DNA of 64,000 nt, from NCBI RefSeq assembly GCF_016432865.1, contig NC_067400.1:334552001-334616000 (forward strand), written 5' to 3'. The notes under the pieces were generated by a model. It saw only the letters and a program-made list of their open reading frames with translations, searched no databases and was not told where the DNA came from. This DNA is from Antechinus flavipes. Lineage: Eukaryota. The position numbers and the translations under genes are program-made. Below, piece by piece: positions 25,182 through 38,090 of this stretch; within the stretch, counting starts at the first letter, position 1; every line of letters starts with the position of its first letter.

Positions 25182-25347
25182 ATTTATTTATTTTATTTAT
25201 TTATTTAAATAACTTTTTATTGACAGAATCCATGCCAGGGTAATTTTTTACAGCATTATCCCTTGTACTCACTTCTGTTTTGATTTTTCCCCTCCCTCCC
25301 TCCACCCCCTTCCTCAGATGGCAAGCAGTCCTTTACATGTTGAATAG
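25182..25347 (-). mobile_element. Short L1 3' end nested in the HAL1-like element
   Basis: (TTTA)n tail; same family as 1726-2314; TSD taaacc(c/a)aaattt at 25169-25181 and 25348-25360. Confidence 0.85.
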
Positions 25348-26791
25348 TAAACCAAAATTTAACATATAAAAGCCAATATCAAACAAAGAGCAATTTTAAG
25401 GAACTCATTATGGACAAACTTTAAATATGGACAGATTTTTTTTTTTATATTAGGAAATGTATATTTTATGTTTAAGATTTACATCATCAGTAGGATAAGT
25501 TCAAAAGATAGACTGGCAAAGTAAAGGTAATAGTGATCATGTTATACAAAGGAGGCGCAGAGGAAGAACAGACACAGGCATTAGAGTAGGGAGAAGGCCG
25601 AGTAAGTCTGAAAACTTATTCACATAGGAAATGGGTTCAATCTGCAACCATACAGATATACTGTGAAGGATATAATATCCTCCAAATTTGTAAAGAAATA
25701 AGGGGGGAAGAATAGGGGAAAGAAAGGGTGAGGGAAGAAGACACCCCCTAGGTGAGAAGAGATTAAATAATAGTAAGCCAAGTTATGGGGCAGAATTTAA
25801 TGAAAGAGTCAGCAGGTATAGGAAAGTTATGTATATCTGGAGTGTGTGTATGTGTATGTATGTACATATTACATATGTATACATAAATATATCCTTTCAT
25901 AACTCTAGCTTGCTTGGGGGTAGTGGGAATGAAAGGGGAAAAAAAGAATAAAGTAAATAAGGTGCTCAGCAGAGAACAGAACAATTTACAAGGAAGTAAA
26001 GAAAAGATGGGACACTTGAATATAATTTCTTCTGCTAATATATATACTTTTTAAAATTGGTAATGTCATGTATTTTGAAACCTCCCTGATGTTCTGCTGG
26101 GCACATGATGATGTTTTCTTTTGTTTCATTTTGTTTTGTGTTGCTTTTCTAGTTTTCTTTTTTACTTATTCTGTTTCTTCAAATAAAATAAATTTGGAAA
26201 AAATTGAAGTAACTGAAAGGGGGAAATAGAAAATAATTAAGAGGAAGTTATAGAAATTACTAGTAAAAGAATTCCTTTTTAAACATCACCTTGGTATAAT
26301 AACTAGCTTTTGCAAGATTTTTCACAGGGGGAACATGTTAACTCCTGAGACAGACCATTCTATTTTTGAGCACTTTTAATTGTTAAGAATTTTTTTCCTT
26401 ACAAGAAGTCTAAATTTGTCCTTTTGCAACTTCTACCATTACCCTTAGTTTTGCCCCTTTGGAGCAAAACAGAACAAATGAAGTGCATCTTTTATGTTAT
26501 AATTCTTCAGAAAATCAAAGACAGTTCCTTTTCCCTTTTCCTCCCAATCTTCTCTCAACTAGCCCTACCTAATTCAATTGGACCTCCTTAAGCTTGAACT
26601 TGAAGATTTTCACTTAACCTTTAGTTGGACACAACCTGGTTAATCAATGTCTTTCTTAAAATGTGATGTGCAAAACTAAACATAGTGATTGTTTCTTTTA
26701 AAGCAATTGAGCAATTGAGATTAGATGACTTGTCCAGGGTCACACAGTTAGTAAATATCTGAGGCTTTTCATAGTATTTCAGAAGCTGTCT

Positions 26792-27365
26792 TGTAATACC
26801 AGAGAAACTGAGGCAGACAGAGATTGGTTTTTAATCTTTAATGTGGAGAGTTTAAGCTAGCAGACTGCATGGGACTCTTGTCCAAAACATTTGGCACATT
26901 ATAAATCGAGGAAGGGAACTTATATAGGGTTTTAGCTAACTAGGGTTTGCAAACAGAATACATAACCAGAGTATACAATCTTAGAGGAGAAACAAAGGCA
27001 GATAAGGGGGGCAAGGACATTGGGAGGACTGAAAAAACACAATTCTAGGAAAGAATCATAACTTAATCCTGACAGGATTGGTCAAGATAAGAAGTTCTAG
27101 GGCAGGAGACAGTGAGATGTGGGGCAAAACTCAAAAGGAGGGGAATCCAAAAGGATTCAAAAAAATCCTAGCAAGGATTGAGATAAAGCACCTGGAGTTT
27201 ATGACACAATGGTATGTAAAGGTGGTCAAAGCTTCAAGACTTTTCTTGGACTCTCTTTTTAAACTCAATCTCTAGTCCTAATGGCAGGAAAGGGGGAAAA
27301 AGGAGGTTCACTCAAATTTCTGATCAGGGCACAAAACAGTGGAATTTTGGGATCTTTATTCTTCA
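26792..27365 (-). mobile_element. Probable ERV solo LTR
   Basis: TG…CA ends; minus-strand TATA (ctatataag, 26919-26927) followed by two ATTAAA (26837-26842, 26830-26835). TSD not recovered. Confidence 0.62.
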
Positions 27366-27379
27366 GGAATATTCTAATA

Positions 27380-27900
27380 TTATCTAAGTTTGGCAACTAA
27401 GTAATGCCACAGTGTATAGAGCTCTGGGCATGGAGTCAGGAAGATCTTAGTTCCAATTTGGCTTCAGACACTAGCTGTATGACTGAGCAAATTGCTTTCT
27501 GTCTCAGTTTCTTAACTTTAAAACAGAGATCATAGTAGCACTTACCTTGCAGGGTTATTCTAAAGATAATAATAATAATAATTAGCATATGATGCTTACT
27601 TTGTGCTCGGGATTATGCTAAGGACTTCACCATGATTAGCCAATTTGATCCTCATATCAATCCTGGAAGTTAAATGCTGTTATAATTCCTTATTTTACAA
27701 ATAAAGAAACTGAGGCAAATAGATTAAGTAACTTGCTCAGAGTCACACAATTTAGTTAAATGTCTGAAAGTAGATTTGAACTCAGGTCTTCCTGACTTCA
27801 GATTCAGCACTCTATCCACTGCACTAAGATCAAATGAGAATATTTGTAAAATACTTAGACAGTGCCAGGTACAAAAGTAAGGATTATATAAATGTTTATT
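27380..27900. mobile_element. Cluster of MIR/MAR1-type CORE-SINE pieces in both orientations
   Basis: CORE motifs (ctgggcatggagtcaggaagatct on +; gaaactgaggca…tttgaactcaggtcttcctgact on -). Confidence 0.7.
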
Positions 27901-30900
27901 TTCTACCCTCCCTCCCTATTAGTTTTCTTACCTCTTATATCACTCACATTCTTGAGCTTGTATACTAAAACAGCTTTTTCAGGTGAGCTGTTCTTTAGTC
28001 ATTCCTCCTTCATATATGTGAAGATAATTTTAAAAATCTAAATGTAAAACTTGGTGTTACTGCTATTAAGTTTGGTGTGATTTGATACAGTATTTTAGCT
28101 ATGAAGATATTTTCAAATTCAGACTGCCATTCAGTCTGTTAACAGTCCCTCTCAGCTTTGTGTAATTTATAAATTTGACTAGCATGCATTCAGATGTTAT
28201 CTGAGTTATTGATTTAAAAAAAAATTAGAACAGCATTAGTGGAGATCCTGGGGGACACTTTACTGCATTTTCCAATATGACATCAAACCACGAACAGCTA
28301 TGCTTTTGTCTCAGCTATTCATCCAATTCTGAATCTATCTAGTTGTAACATACAAATTTTAAGCTCTGAGTTCTATAGCTAAATTCAATTCACATTTATA
28401 TAATGCTTTCCTAATAACATAATGAGGTAGATAGTTCAAAAATCATCCATAACCATTTTACAGATGAAGAAACCAGTTCATATCGGTTAAGTGACAAGTC
28501 TATGGCCATCTAATAAGTTTCAGAATCAGGATTTGACCCACATCTTCCGATAACTAAGTCCAATTCTTTTCCTGTTGTGCTACGTTGCCTTTCTATAGCT
28601 GAACTTGGAAGGGAAGCACACCGTTGATAAACCACTCCAAGGGTTTTTCAAACTGAACAAAACATTTATGAACAGAATAAAATACTTTCAAATTTGCTTC
28701 CTTGGTCAGGAAATATGGAGATGAGAACGTCAATTCAAACATTTATTAAATACCTAGTCTGGGCTAGATACTGCTAGGTTATGGAGATATAGGGACAAAG
28801 GAGAATTACAGCAAAATGAGTGAGTGAATGGTGATATCAAAACCCAGCTCTCCTTTCCATTCCTTGTACATCTCCTTGTATTATCCTTAATACAAGCTAG
28901 GTGCCAAATGAATCTAAAGGGGTAAAAGGAAAGTTTTCATGTGGAAAAATCTGCCCGGGGGTGGGGGTGGGGAGGGGGGAGACAGCAGGCACTGAACAAA
29001 TGAATATACAAAAAAGGCCTAATAATACAATAAATAGTAAGGAGTAAAAGAGATGAAAAGGAGAATGATGCTGTAATAACTACAAGTTGATTTCTAACAC
29101 AGATCACATGAATTCCAGCAACCTTAAAACAGTTGGAGAGCTTAATATAAGTTGTTAAATGTAGATATAAGGTCAAGTTAGGCTTCTTAATGACGTCTTC
29201 AAAAAGAATTGATGGTTTAGAACGAAAAAGAATGACTGATGCCTACCACTTATTGGCAGAGGTGGTGGGCTATATAGATGGGTATGGAATGAAGCATTCA
29301 ATTCAGACAAGACCAATGTATTGATTTGCTCTCATTTGTTAAAAGGAAAGGTCCTTTTGGGTGGGAGAATGGAATTCTTGGAAAAAGTGATATTTAAAAG
29401 AAAGACAAAGCTTAAAAAGAAGAAAAGGCTGTCTTCAAAAATGAAATTATATAACAAAAAGTAACATAATAGGTCAACAGCCAGCAAAATAGAAAGAATA
29501 CTTGAGATCTCTGGGAGCAAAGGCAAGTCACCTTCTAGGTAAAGCATTATAAGATAACCCAAGAATTATCTTAAGATGAAATAAAAGCCCTAAATACTAT
29601 ACTCCAGGAAATTGTAACAAAAAGTTGCCCAGAAACATTGAAAATGGAGAGCATAGCACACAGAATCCATAGGGTGTTGCCAGAAGAATTCTAAATTAAG
29701 ATCATTCAGAAATACAACTATCAAATTCCAGAGCTTTAAACATTAAACAAAGGATGCTTAGAAGAAAACCACATTTCAAAAAAAGATGTTCTGAATCTTC
29801 TGTTACCAATAGAAATGAAAGCAAAGCCTAAAATGTGATATCTTACTGAAGCAAAGGAAATCAATTTCTAGCCCCTAGATAACATTCTGTAAAACAATGA
29901 AAAAAGCTTTTTGTGTTCAGTTTAAGGAAAGAATTTGTATCATTTTTTACAGAAAAAAGGTCATGTATATCAGAAAATTGGTTTGCAAATTCAAAGAAAA
30001 GAAACATCAGAATGGTAAATAAGTTCATGTAGCATGACAGTATTAGCAAAACAAAACAAAATCAATGTTTATATGCAACAAAGAGCCTTCAAGACTAGTA
30101 GTATTTTTTAGAAATCTTTGTGAGATCATTAAAAGAACAAAGAAAACATTTACTGTAGAGCCACTAAATTGGGGTAAAAAAAATTTCTTTTTTAGAGAAG
30201 GAGCTGGAAAAGAGCCATTACTAGGAGAGTGGAAGGGGAAAGAACATAGAAGGCAGTCTGATCCAACTCCCTTATTTTATGGCTAGAGATGACTGAGGCT
30301 TAGGGAGAGTAGGGGAATGTAGATTCAGGTATGGATCTTGGATCTAATGTTCATTTAATTGCATGTTGCCTCCTTTATGAATTGATATTTCTACAAATGG
30401 AGTGTCATGGATGAAGGTATTTCAAAAGAAAGTAATTTGGAATGGGTTAGGAAGGTTCCTGAAATATGTGGCAGGGCTAAGTGCAAGAGGGGCCAAATCT
30501 CAACTTGAGTGAAGATCATTTTAACGGAAAATTTAACGGAAAAACACGAACGGAAAAAAAAAAAAAAAAAAAAAAAACCATGAAGGGAATTCAGATACTA
30601 GCATATCCTGGAGGAAGCAAGGAAGGGGAAAGGAAAAGAATTGAAATGTAATTCTGTGAATAGATCACAACAGTTAAATATCATTTCAGCAAAGATGTGG
30701 GACAATAGGGAATAGGTAGCAGGGACCCAGAAACATGTTAAATATGTTAAATGTGAAAAAGAGTAACAATAAGTACAGTCAGAATCTGGTTGGCTTGGGT
30801 TGAGTTGGGGTGAAGGTTTGGAAGGAGGAGAGTCTGAAAAGATTGAGATCAGATTATTTAAAACAAAACAAACCATAAGGTCCTAGTACTGGTTTGAGAA

Positions 30901-31665
30901 AAAAATTAATATAAAATTTGATAAAGAGAAATGATAATTTTTAATGTTAGTGGACTACCATAAAACAGAAGAAAGGGACTAAATAGATAGGAAACAGAAT
31001 CCAACAATTTGCGGCATAAAGTCTGTGTCTAAAACAATGACATATACATAGTTAGATAAGGAATTGGAATATAATTTATTATTATATGTCAGATACAATT
31101 TTAAAAAAAAGCAGGAGCTGGAATAATGATTTCAGATAAATATTGTCAAAAGGTATGAAAAGAGAAACTTGCTTAAAGGTATCATTGATAAAAAAAAAAC
31201 TAATACAAATATTACATATTGTTATTGATGAGTTGTTTTGGATATTTGTGATTCTTTGTGACCCTATCCAGAGTTTTTTTGAAAGAAATACTGGAGTTCT
31301 TTGCCATTTCCTTTTTTATCACATTTTACAGATAAGGAAACTGAGGCAAATGAAGTTAACTTGCCCAGGGTCACATAGCTAGTGTCTGAGGCATGCACTG
31401 ACTTGAACAGGCAAAATACCTAAATATTAAAATAAATAAAAAATTAAAAAATAAACAAAATACTAATTGCTGGCTTTTAAGCATTTAAAATACTTAAATT
31501 CAATCCTCAGACACTTCCTAACTGTGTGACCCTAGACAAGTCACTTATCCTCACTTTCCTTATCTGTAAAATGAGCTGGGGGTGAGGAGGGGAGAGAGAC
31601 AGAGACAGAGAGATTTCCTAGCTGTGTGACCCTAGACAAGTCACTTAACCCTAACTTTCCTCATT

Positions 31666-31803
31666 NNNNNNNNNNNNNNNNNNNNNNNNNNNNNNNNNNN
31701 NNNNNNNNNNNNNNNNNNNNNNNNNNNNNNNNNNNNNNNNNNNNNNNNNNNNNNNNNNNNNNNNNNNNNNNNNNNNNNNNNNNNNNNNNNNNNNNNNNNN
31801 NNN
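31666..31803. other. Assembly gap (138 N)
   Basis: Run of N. Confidence 1.
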
Positions 31804-33498
31804 AATTGCACAGTCACACAGCTAGTTTGAGGCCAGATTTAAATTCATGAAGATGAATCTTCCTGACTACAGATGTGGCACTCTATCCACTGAACCACCT
31901 AGCAGAGACAGAGAAGTTCAGAAAAAGGATGGATGGATTTTAAAAAAGGATAGTGAATAATGAGTTCTGTTTTTGGACATGTTGAGCTTGAAATATCTGG
32001 GACATTAAGTTGGAAACTTCTAATAGGCAATTAATTAGTGGAACAGAGTTCATGAAGCTTAAGAGAGACACTGGGCCTGGATATTGACTTGGGAGGCATT
32101 AATACAGAGATGATAATTAGATCCATGGAAGCTGATGAGATCACCAAAGGTGAAGATGAAGGGACAAAGAATAGGAAGGGCCTACTGAAGAAATAAATCT
32201 GGACAAGAGATAAATAAGAGGGGAAAGCAAGAGACAATGTGTCATGAAAGCCCCTAGAAGAGTTATTTCTTTTATGTCTTTCAAGGAATCCTGCAAGATT
32301 TTAATGATTCTACATAGAATACTTGTGTGTCATTCTTGCATCTGATATAATGTCCTTTTGGATTCATTTAAGCAAGAATGTTGAGACTGGTATGTTTTGG
32401 CTCTTCCAGCAATATTTTCATTCACTGGATAAAGATGTCACATTTAGAATATTTATAATTAAATGAAAACTTATACAATGTAAAATTTTGCTAATCTTAG
32501 CAACTTCTGTCTCATTTCCTGCCTTTCTGACACTGCTATTGTAGAAACAAAAGGGAGCATGTAGGATTGAAAGTCTTTTTATTTTATTTTATGATTTGTC
32601 ATGGAAATAAAAAAAAATTACTATGTATCTACCCAACTAGTGATGTCCTTCTCCATTCTTACCTAGGTTGATGCTCAGGAAACAGACTTGGTCAGTCACC
32701 AGAACATCTTAAAGTTACATATTGTAATATAGTAAAAATCATAATCAGTAAAGGAAGTAAAAGATACAGGTCTAAATGGAAAATAAATAAGTTTTTAAAT
32801 AACGAACAGAACAGAAAGAAATAAAATAATAAAATACTTAGATTAAGGGGAAAAATAAAAGAGATAATGTAAAGTTTATGGGATAAAGCTAAAGCAGACC
32901 TTAGGGGGAAAATTGTGTATCATTAAATTAACAAAAGAGAATAACAGGATATATGAATTGAGTCTGAAATAAATCAGAAGGAAAAAAAATTGGGAAATTC
33001 CATTTAAAATAACTACAGAATGCACAGGCACAGAGTGCCCTAGAATTTGGAGATAAAAATCTGAATGACATTCATTCTTTAATTTTTAGAAATATACTAA
33101 AAAACCCCTCACTTCCACCCCAGAAAAGATGCTATTCTCTCATTGCCCCATCTTTTTCTTCTTCTTTGACATTTGATCTAAAAGGCATTTTTATAATTTA
33201 TTAAATTTCACCAAGGTGTCCAGGTAATGTCCTATCTTGTGCAGTTTTCTGTATTTGCAGGTTGTGTTTCCATATAATTACCTGAGGATACCTGATAACT
33301 TTTATACTACACTTACCACTTCAGCTTCACCATCCCTGGCTTTCCTGTTAGTTGAGTCAGTAATGGTTTGAGGTTGAGGGGAATGTGCATGATGTACATA
33401 CAATTACAGAACAATGTATGCAAAAGTAGTAGGTAAATTCAATAGAGAGATTCAGTGTCTATAATTGAGCTGTGCTATTATAATAAAATAAGGGGACT

Positions 33499-33729
33499 GG
33501 TGACAATATGAATAGGACAATGGGCCTGGAGTCAGGAATATCTGAGTTCAAAGATGGCCTCAAACACTAGCTTTGTGACCCAGGGCAAGTCACTTAATTC
33601 TGTTTGCTTCAGTTCCTTCATTTGTAAAATGAGCTGGTGAAAGAAATGGCAAATCACTCCAGTATCTCTGCCAAGAAAATCCCAAATGGAAAAGAGTCAG
33701 ACATGATTGAAATAACTGAACAACAACAA
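33499..33729 (+). mobile_element. MAR1-type CORE-SINE
   Basis: CORE plus RTE-derived tail (aatggcaaatcactccagtatctctgccaagaaaatccc…gaacaacaacaa). Confidence 0.8.
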
Positions 33730-34477
33730 TAAATTATAATAAAGATGAAGACATTCTCTAAATTAATCTATAGATTTTGTGCCATACCAAAAGGTCACAT
33801 AAATTAAGACAGAATGGATGGCTATCTGATTATGTTATGGATTCACAAATCCAATTTGTGATGCAGAAACAAATATTGGAAGCCTATTAGTGTATGATGC
33901 CCCTTCCCCATGTACCCTTGACACACCTCATGCTGTGTTCAAATACATGGGTGCCTATGTATACCTTTTCATTTTCCTTTTGTTAGATGCTGCCTGCCAA
34001 TAGAAAAGTTGTTCTTTCTCCTGAGTGTTTTTCTTTTCCTTTAGTAGACTTGTCTTTACAGAAGAAGTTTAAATATAAGTTATCTTATTCCTCTGACAGA
34101 GCTGGCAGAGATTTTTTACATTTATACTGACTGTAGTAGTGTTACAAAATATAGATGTACTAAATGAAAGGATGGTGAATTCAAGACCAGAAGGTGTCTG
34201 CTTTCCAAAATTTAAATGGATGTCTTCTCAGGGATTATAAATTGCCTGCTTGATGAAAAAGTAGAATTCAATTTGCTCTAAAATCAATTTATACTCAAAC
34301 TCACTTATTCTTTGTATTTTTTGTTCTTCCTTCTTTCCTTCCAACAGGCAGGTTATAATGGTGAATTTTATACGTGAAGAGGAACAGGTTATGAAATATT
34401 TCTTGGCTAGCTCATCAACTGGAGAGGCTCTGGGATTTGGAGTCTGAATATGAAAGTTTAAATTTTGCTTCCAATCC

Positions 34478-36217
34478 AGGAACTACATGAACATAATTAT
34501 AAAACACTTTTAATCAGATAAAATCAGATTTAAATAACTGGAGAAATATTAATTGTTCATAGGTAGTCAGAGCTAATATAATAAAAATGACAATTCTGCC
34601 TAAATTAATTTACTTGTTCAATGCCATCCCAATTAAACTACTTAAATAGTAAAATAATAATTTTACTAATTTATTTAGTTTATTAATAAAATTATTGAGC
34701 TAGAAAAAAATAACAATAAGATTCATTTGAAAGAACAAAAGATCAAGAATATCAAAGGAATTAATTTAAAAACTGTAAAGAAAGTGCACTTAGCAGTACT
34801 ATCTCTTAAAATTACATTGGAATGCAGTAATTTGAAAAATTTATCTGGTACTGGCTAAGAAATAGAAATATGAATCAGTGAATCTGAGTAATAGTAAATG
34901 ATTATAGTAATCTTGTCTTTGACAAATTAAAGATTTAAGCTTTTGGGATAAGAATATACTTACTATTTGGTAAAAATTGATAGGAAAACTGGAAAGCAAC
35001 TTGACAGCAATTGGATATAGACCAATATCTTACGTCATTTACCAAGATAAAGTAAAAATGAATATGTGATCTAGATATGAAGAAAGTTATCATAAGAAAA
35101 GTAGAAGAACATAGAATACATTATCTATCAAACATGCATAGGAGAAGAATTTATGAATAAACAGATGGAGAGCCTTGTGAAATGTAAAATGGATAATTTT
35201 GATTATATTAAGTTAAAAAAAAAAAAGTTTTGCACCAATGTAGCCAAGCAGAAAATTTTGGGAAAAAAATTTGTGGACAGTTTTCCCAGATAAAAGTCTC
35301 ATCTCAAATATATAAAGAATTTTGTCAAATTTATAAGATTGAGTCCTCCCCAATTGATAGTCAAAGGATATGAATAGACAGTTTTTTGATGAAGAAATAA
35401 AAACTATATATAGTCATATGAAAATGCTTTAAAACATTATTGATTAGAGAAATAAACATAAAATATCTTTGAGATATTATCTCACACCTCAGACTGGCTA
35501 AAATAATAGAGAAAATGACAAATGTTGGAGGTAATGTGGAAAAATTGGGACATTGTTGGTTGAATTGTAAACTGATTCAACCATTTTGGAAAGCAATCTG
35601 GAATTATGCCCAAAGAGTTATAAAACTGTGTATATCCTTTGACCCAGAAATGCTATGATTAGGTCTATTTCCCAAAGTGATTAGGGGAAAAGGAAAAGAA
35701 TCCATATGTTCTAAAATGTTTATAGTGGCTCTTTTTGTGATGGTAAAGAATTGGAAATTACAGGGATGCCCATCAATTGGGAAATAGTTAGATAAGTTGT
35801 GGCATATGATTGTGATGGAATACTACTGCATTGTAAGAAATGTTGAGCTTGTTGATTTTAGAAAAATACGGAAAGAATTGCATGAAATAATGAACAGTGA
35901 AGTGAGCAGAATCAAGAGAATGTTGTATACAGTAACAACAATATTGTTCAAAGAATAACTGTGAACAAGCAAGTTATTCTTAGATTTATAAATACTCAAA
36001 TTAACTATAAGGGACCTATGAAAGAAGATGTTATACACCTCCAAAGAAAGAACTGATAAATACCAGTATGCATGGTATGGTTTTACATATATTTATAAAT
36101 CTGTGTCAAATGGTGACATTTTCTAGTACAGAGTAGGGAAAGAGGAAGAGAAACAGTTTGGAACTTAAAATGTAACCCTCCTCCTCTCCCTCCCGAAAAA
36201 AGGAAAAAGGAAAAAAA
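34478..36217 (+). mobile_element. L1 ORF2 C-terminal region plus 3'UTR, decayed
   Basis: Reads ELHEHNYKTL…NNWRNINCS…NIIKMTILPKLIYLFNAIPIKL; continues through the L1 3'UTR to an A-rich end. Confidence 0.85.
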
Positions 36218-37549
36218 TGCTTCCATAGATTACTATGTGATTTTGAGCAAATTCCCAAATCTCTGAGCCTAGTTTGCTTTACTTTTAAAATTAGTCCTGC
36301 CTATCTTCCAGTATTATTGTGGAAAGCAAATTAAGTAATATATATGGAAACACTTTGAAAACTTTAATGTGCTATATAATTACAAATTACTGATAGTCTC
36401 ATTAGCTCTGCACCTGAGCATCTATTCTTGAGGAAGTGGGAAGGAGAGAAAGTATCTGAGGAGTATAGGATGAGGAGTCAAGTCCTTATTTTCCCCCAAA
36501 GGTTTGTTCTTTTTATAATAAAGGCTTTTTTTGAGTCTTCCTGGCTAGTCTGGAACCAGAGTGCCCCAATTTTTGCAAGAGAAAGTACCATCCCGTTATT
36601 TAGCCCAGAAGTCATATCACCTGCCCTCAGATTACTAGTTCTAGGTCTAATGAGAGGACATATGGTTCCTGGTCTAGTTGTATTTTGGCAGTGTTGTTTT
36701 ATGACCTGATCCCTACCCTTGGAAGTCTCCCAAACTAAAGAGGGCCACTGGAAAATTGGCTGAAAACCAGACATTTAAAAATGATGATGTGGCTAGCTCT
36801 GTATTCAGTATGGTAGGGATTTTAAAGAATTGCAGGACAGGTCAGGGAGTATAATAGGAAAGGGAAAGAAATATACTTAAAAGTAATATATTACTATGTA
36901 ATACTATATTATTACAATATTATAAATGTAAAGTAGCATGTGACAAATGTTGAATGAGTCAGAAAAATATAAAACATCATAAAAATGTCTTTGCCTTATA
37001 GACAGGCATGAACTTGGGACCCAGAAAGTTTATATTTTCTTCTCCTCCCTTCCCAAATCTTTCTTAACAAATCCTTGACCTCAACTCATCTAAAAGCTAT
37101 GCTAGTTCCAGACACCAGGTGCCAAATCTCAATGAAAATTTAGTTATATATCCCTCCTTCCCACTTCTTTTTCGTCATTCCAGTACAATCCAATCCAACC
37201 CAATAAATATTTATTAAGCACCCATAACAGCAATGTGCCAGGCACTGTGCTAAGCACTAGGGATACTGTTAAAAAGAAAGTCCACCCTCAAGGAGTTTAT
37301 AACCTAATAGGGAAAGACATCAGGCAAGAAGTAGGCAGGAAAGTGGGGAGTGATATGAAAAGCTCTAAGCACAGGGGCATCTTGTTCTGTGGAGTTTCAA
37401 CCAGGCAGAGCAGCAGAAATGAGTCATTTCAGTCCTTCTTAAAGGAAGGCATTGGGAGGAGTTTGGTAGTCCACTCTCCAGCTCTTCAATCTGGGGAGAG
37501 GAGGTTTAAAAAAGGAGAATCAATCAGAATTTGAGTTAGCCATCAAGTA

Positions 37550-38090
37550 TTACTGTTTGGCCTTCATTCTCCAGCAGATCCATTACATCAGGATGGTGAT
37601 AACATGACATACAAGTGAATTGGATTTAAGTGAGGGAAGGCTGTGCAAAGTCACCAGCCCTTTCTCCTTCAGTGCCATTTGGATTTCACAAGTTATAGAT
37701 CAGGAGGACTGAAGAGGGCTCTGGATGCAGTGGGAGACCTTGGCCTTTTTAATCTAAGGTATTTAAGAGGTCTCAGGTTAACTGAGGCTACACTCAATCA
37801 GTGATTAAGGCTAAATAAGAAATGAAACAGAATGATCTTTTGCCTAGTCAGGAAAAAGAATTTTTGGCCAACCCAGAAACAATTGCTATTTCCATTCACT
37901 CTGATCCAATCAGGGCCTAAACAATGACCAAGTGGGCTTTGTCCTAGGCCCTATTGTTAGCCAATCAGTGAGATTCTGAGTGATTTGGGTTTAAGGCATT
38001 GTCCTTAAGAAAGAAATCTATCTGGTAAACCCCAAGATATTTTAGGGTGGTTTCAGCAATAAAAATTTACATTCCTTTGGGCAGAGCAGA
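37550..38090. mobile_element. Marsupial-specific interspersed repeat (WALLSI/RTE-associated type; family uncertain)
   Basis: caagtgaattggatttaagtgagggaaggctgtgcaaagtcaccagcc…ggatgcagtgggagaccttggccttttt is a sequence I recognise as recurring in marsupial genomes. Confidence 0.5.

Larger units (their letters stand above)
23116..26205 (+). mobile_element. ORF1-only L1 derivative (HAL1-like), decayed, with two nested L1 insertions
   Basis: 5'UTR from about 23116; ORF1p motifs DLENRARRENIKIIRLP (24095-24145), EKIHRS, RNIIVKF and SYPAKLSIIFNEKKWTF; about 780 bp with no recognisable ORF2, then AATAAA (26182) and A-tail; degenerate TSD taact(a/g)aaag(a)ggggg at both ends. Confidence 0.75.
29300..33800 (+). 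mobile_element. Old, heavily fragmented L1 (ORF1 and ORF2 endonuclease remnants) broken by SINE and L2 insertions
   Basis: ORF1-like RIHRVLP near 29660; EN-like KKAGAGIMISDK near 31105-31140; LWDKAKADLRGK near 32877-32912. Confidence 0.55.

Noticed and set aside
31626-31850. 74-aa ORF across the N run
   Set aside because: Artefact of the assembly gap between SINE fragments.
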